Shown: positions 62,881 through 64,000 of the stretch, in pieces
Layout of the letters: every line of letters begins with the position of its first letter
How positions within the stretch are numbered: position 1 is the first letter of the stretch
NCBI GenBank assembly: GCA_013152835.1
Contig: JAADFQ010000237.1
Location: 138 to 64,137 of the forward strand
Source: FCB group bacterium
Lineage (GTDB): Bacteria > Fidelibacterota > Marinisomatia > Marinisomatales > J089
Direction: 5' to 3'
DNA: 64,000 bases
Position numbers and translations under genes: made by a program
The notes under the pieces: model-generated
Database searches by the model: none
What the model saw: only the letters and a program-made list of their open reading frames with translations
Told to the model about the DNA's origin: nothing

Positions 62881-63654
62881 ATGTATTCTAAAACCCGTAG
62901 AATCGCTAGGCGATTTTCATTCGCAGTTGTGTCTCTGGTTTTAATCATCAGTGGTACGGTTTGGGCGGAAACAGAAGAAGCCATGGTCCAGGTGACACCG
63001 TTTTCTGGATTAAAATCCTTAATGAGCCATGTTACAACTGATGGACTCATCGGAACTTTGTTTGTAATTGTAATGGCTTTGGTTTCGGCCCATTTTTACA
63101 ATCACAAGGACAATCGATATGCTCAGGGGAAATCGGAGCATATTTCATCACCTGGCAGCTTTCGTTATGTATATCGGTATATCCAGTTAACCACGATCGG
63201 AGCCGCCGCCGGAACATATCTGACACACAGTTCCATATTCCTGTTAGTCCATCAGAGCATTTTGCTGTTCTATTCAGGATTGGCCATTGCGGCTATTGCC
63301 ATGGCTTTATTCGTGACGGCAAAGCTGAATCTGGGTGAACATTATAGCCCCTGTTTTGACAGTTATGTTCCCAAGGACATTATACAGGATGGCTTGTATC
63401 GTTACGTCCGACATCCTATTTACATGTCGAATATTTTGCTCCTCTCAGGAATGGGGCTTTCCACAGGGTCATTATGGATTCTGCTGAACTTAGTGTTATT
63501 GACGGTCTATTATATCCGTTCGGCTCAGGAAGAAGAAGCTGTCCTTGAACTTCGGTTTCCGGCCTATCGCGAGTATCGGGCGAAGACTAATATGCTTTTT
63601 CCCAGTTTCCGGATTTGGCTTCAAAACGGATTTCGCAAACAGGTGAGTCATTAA
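62881..63654 (+). CDS. isoprenylcysteine carboxyl / phospholipid methyltransferase-family membrane protein
   Basis: GGAGGG precedes the ATG at 62881. Polytopic, with the family signature GLYRYVRHPIYMSNILLLSG and EEEAVLELRFPAYREY. Confidence 0.75.
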   Translation: MYSKTRRIARRFSFAVVSLVLIISGTVWAETEEAMVQVTPFSGLKSLMSHVTTDGLIGTLFVIVMALVSAHFYNHKDNRYAQGKSEHISSPGSFRYVYRYIQLTTIGAAAGTYLTHSSIFLLVHQSILLFYSGLAIAAIAMALFVTAKLNLGEHYSPCFDSYVPKDIIQDGLYRYVRHPIYMSNILLLSGMGLSTGSLWILLNLVLLTVYYIRSAQEEEAVLELRFPAYREYRAKTNMLFPSFRIWLQNGFRKQVSH

Positions 63655-63663
63655 TATATGGAT

Positions 63664-63694
63664 TTGAGTCCGGGAACGGGGACTCAATATTCTT
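63664..63694 (+). terminator. possible rho-independent terminator
   Basis: TTGAGTCC (63664-63671) and GGACTCAA (63680-63687) form a perfect 8-bp stem. It is followed by TATTCTTG, a weak U-tract. Confidence 0.4.
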
Positions 63695-63714
63695 GTAAAC
63701 TATTGGAAGAGACA

Positions 63715-64000
63715 ATGGAAACACAACAATTGCGTACGGCCCAGCCCGGGTTGTATCCTAATAAAAATCTGTATCATTACCAACAACCGGGATCAGTATT
63801 ATCAGGTAGTGATGGGTTAATTATTGAAGATAATGTTGAAAATAAAATCTCCTTTAATGTGATGCCCAACCGACCCGTTGAGGAACGTTTAATTATGCGG
63901 CGCTATCGAGTTTGGGATGATGCCATCGAAGCCGAATTTGACCGCGAATATTTCAGTAGTATGGAAAAAAGTCCGGACCATTTAATTTTTGTTACCGTCC
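63715..64000 (+). CDS. hypothetical protein, 3'-partial (runs off window end)
   Basis: Starting at ATG 63715 the frame is open for 95 codons with no stop (METQQLRTAQPGLYPNKNLYHYQQPGSVLSG...). No motif recognised. Absent from the ORF track because it has no stop. Confidence 0.4.
   Translation, partial: METQQLRTAQPGLYPNKNLYHYQQPGSVLSGSDGLIIEDNVENKISFNVMPNRPVEERLIMRRYRVWDDAIEAEFDREYFSSMEKSPDHLIFVTV

Noticed and set aside
1-64000. Looked for mobile elements, prophage or defence genes, rRNA/tRNA and CRISPR arrays
   Set aside because: I found no integrase, transposase, recombinase, nuclease or RT-like ORFs, no long terminal or direct repeats, and no structured-RNA gene signatures by eye. A covariance-model scan (tRNAscan or Infernal) would be needed to be certain.

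Overview
This 64-kb window comes from an unidentified diderm bacterium: a secretin is present, sigma-54 activators and -24/-12 promoters are used, and many genes have Shine-Dalgarno sites. I saw no rRNA, tRNA, CRISPR array, transposase or integrase. All protein family calls are made by eye from motifs, not from searches. The window falls into three blocks. Block 1 (1-8.8 kb) holds a 5'-partial NHL beta-propeller gene, two large multihaem c-type cytochromes (12 CXXCH + 1 variant; 13 CXXCH + 2 variants) and a thioredoxin-fold/TPR protein. These are followed by a sensor kinase with a CXXCH motif in its periplasmic loop, a sigma-54 response regulator, a tandem palindromic upstream element, a -24/-12 promoter and a secreted tetrahaem cytochrome with a terminator. 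Block 2 (9-24.6 kb) holds a 1873-aa hybrid kinase, a lipid-kinase/hydrolase/Rieske-GltS/unknown operon, PepF, a ClpB lacking its N-domain, a REC-GGDEF regulator and an Hpt protein. Block 3 (25-61.4 kb) is a type IV filament supercluster with MSHA/T2SS-like order. It encodes MerR, an ExeA/MshM-like ATPase, a PilM-PilN fusion, PilO, a PilP-like protein, a secretin, PilT and a LysM protein. These are followed by a CheY-like regulator, PilD, a PilB/MshE-like ATPase, a sigma-54 activator, PilC and a small pilin. A second long operon carries O-antigen-ligase-like and polytopic membrane proteins, a divergent GspF, two more PilT-family ATPases and a run of pseudopilins. The most unusual content is four giant (538-922 aa) GspG-like pseudopilins built from repeated beta-modules. 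One has His-rich tracts and Gln in place of the conserved Glu5. They are bracketed by paralogous 69-aa membrane proteins and a membrane/spermidine-synthase-like fusion. I propose this as the candidate undescribed system: a type IV filament displaying giant modular, probably glycosylated, subunits. Its link to the cytochrome block is only co-location. The window ends (61.6-64 kb) with CvpA, an Arc-like RHH protein, an ICMT-like methyltransferase and a 3'-partial ORF.
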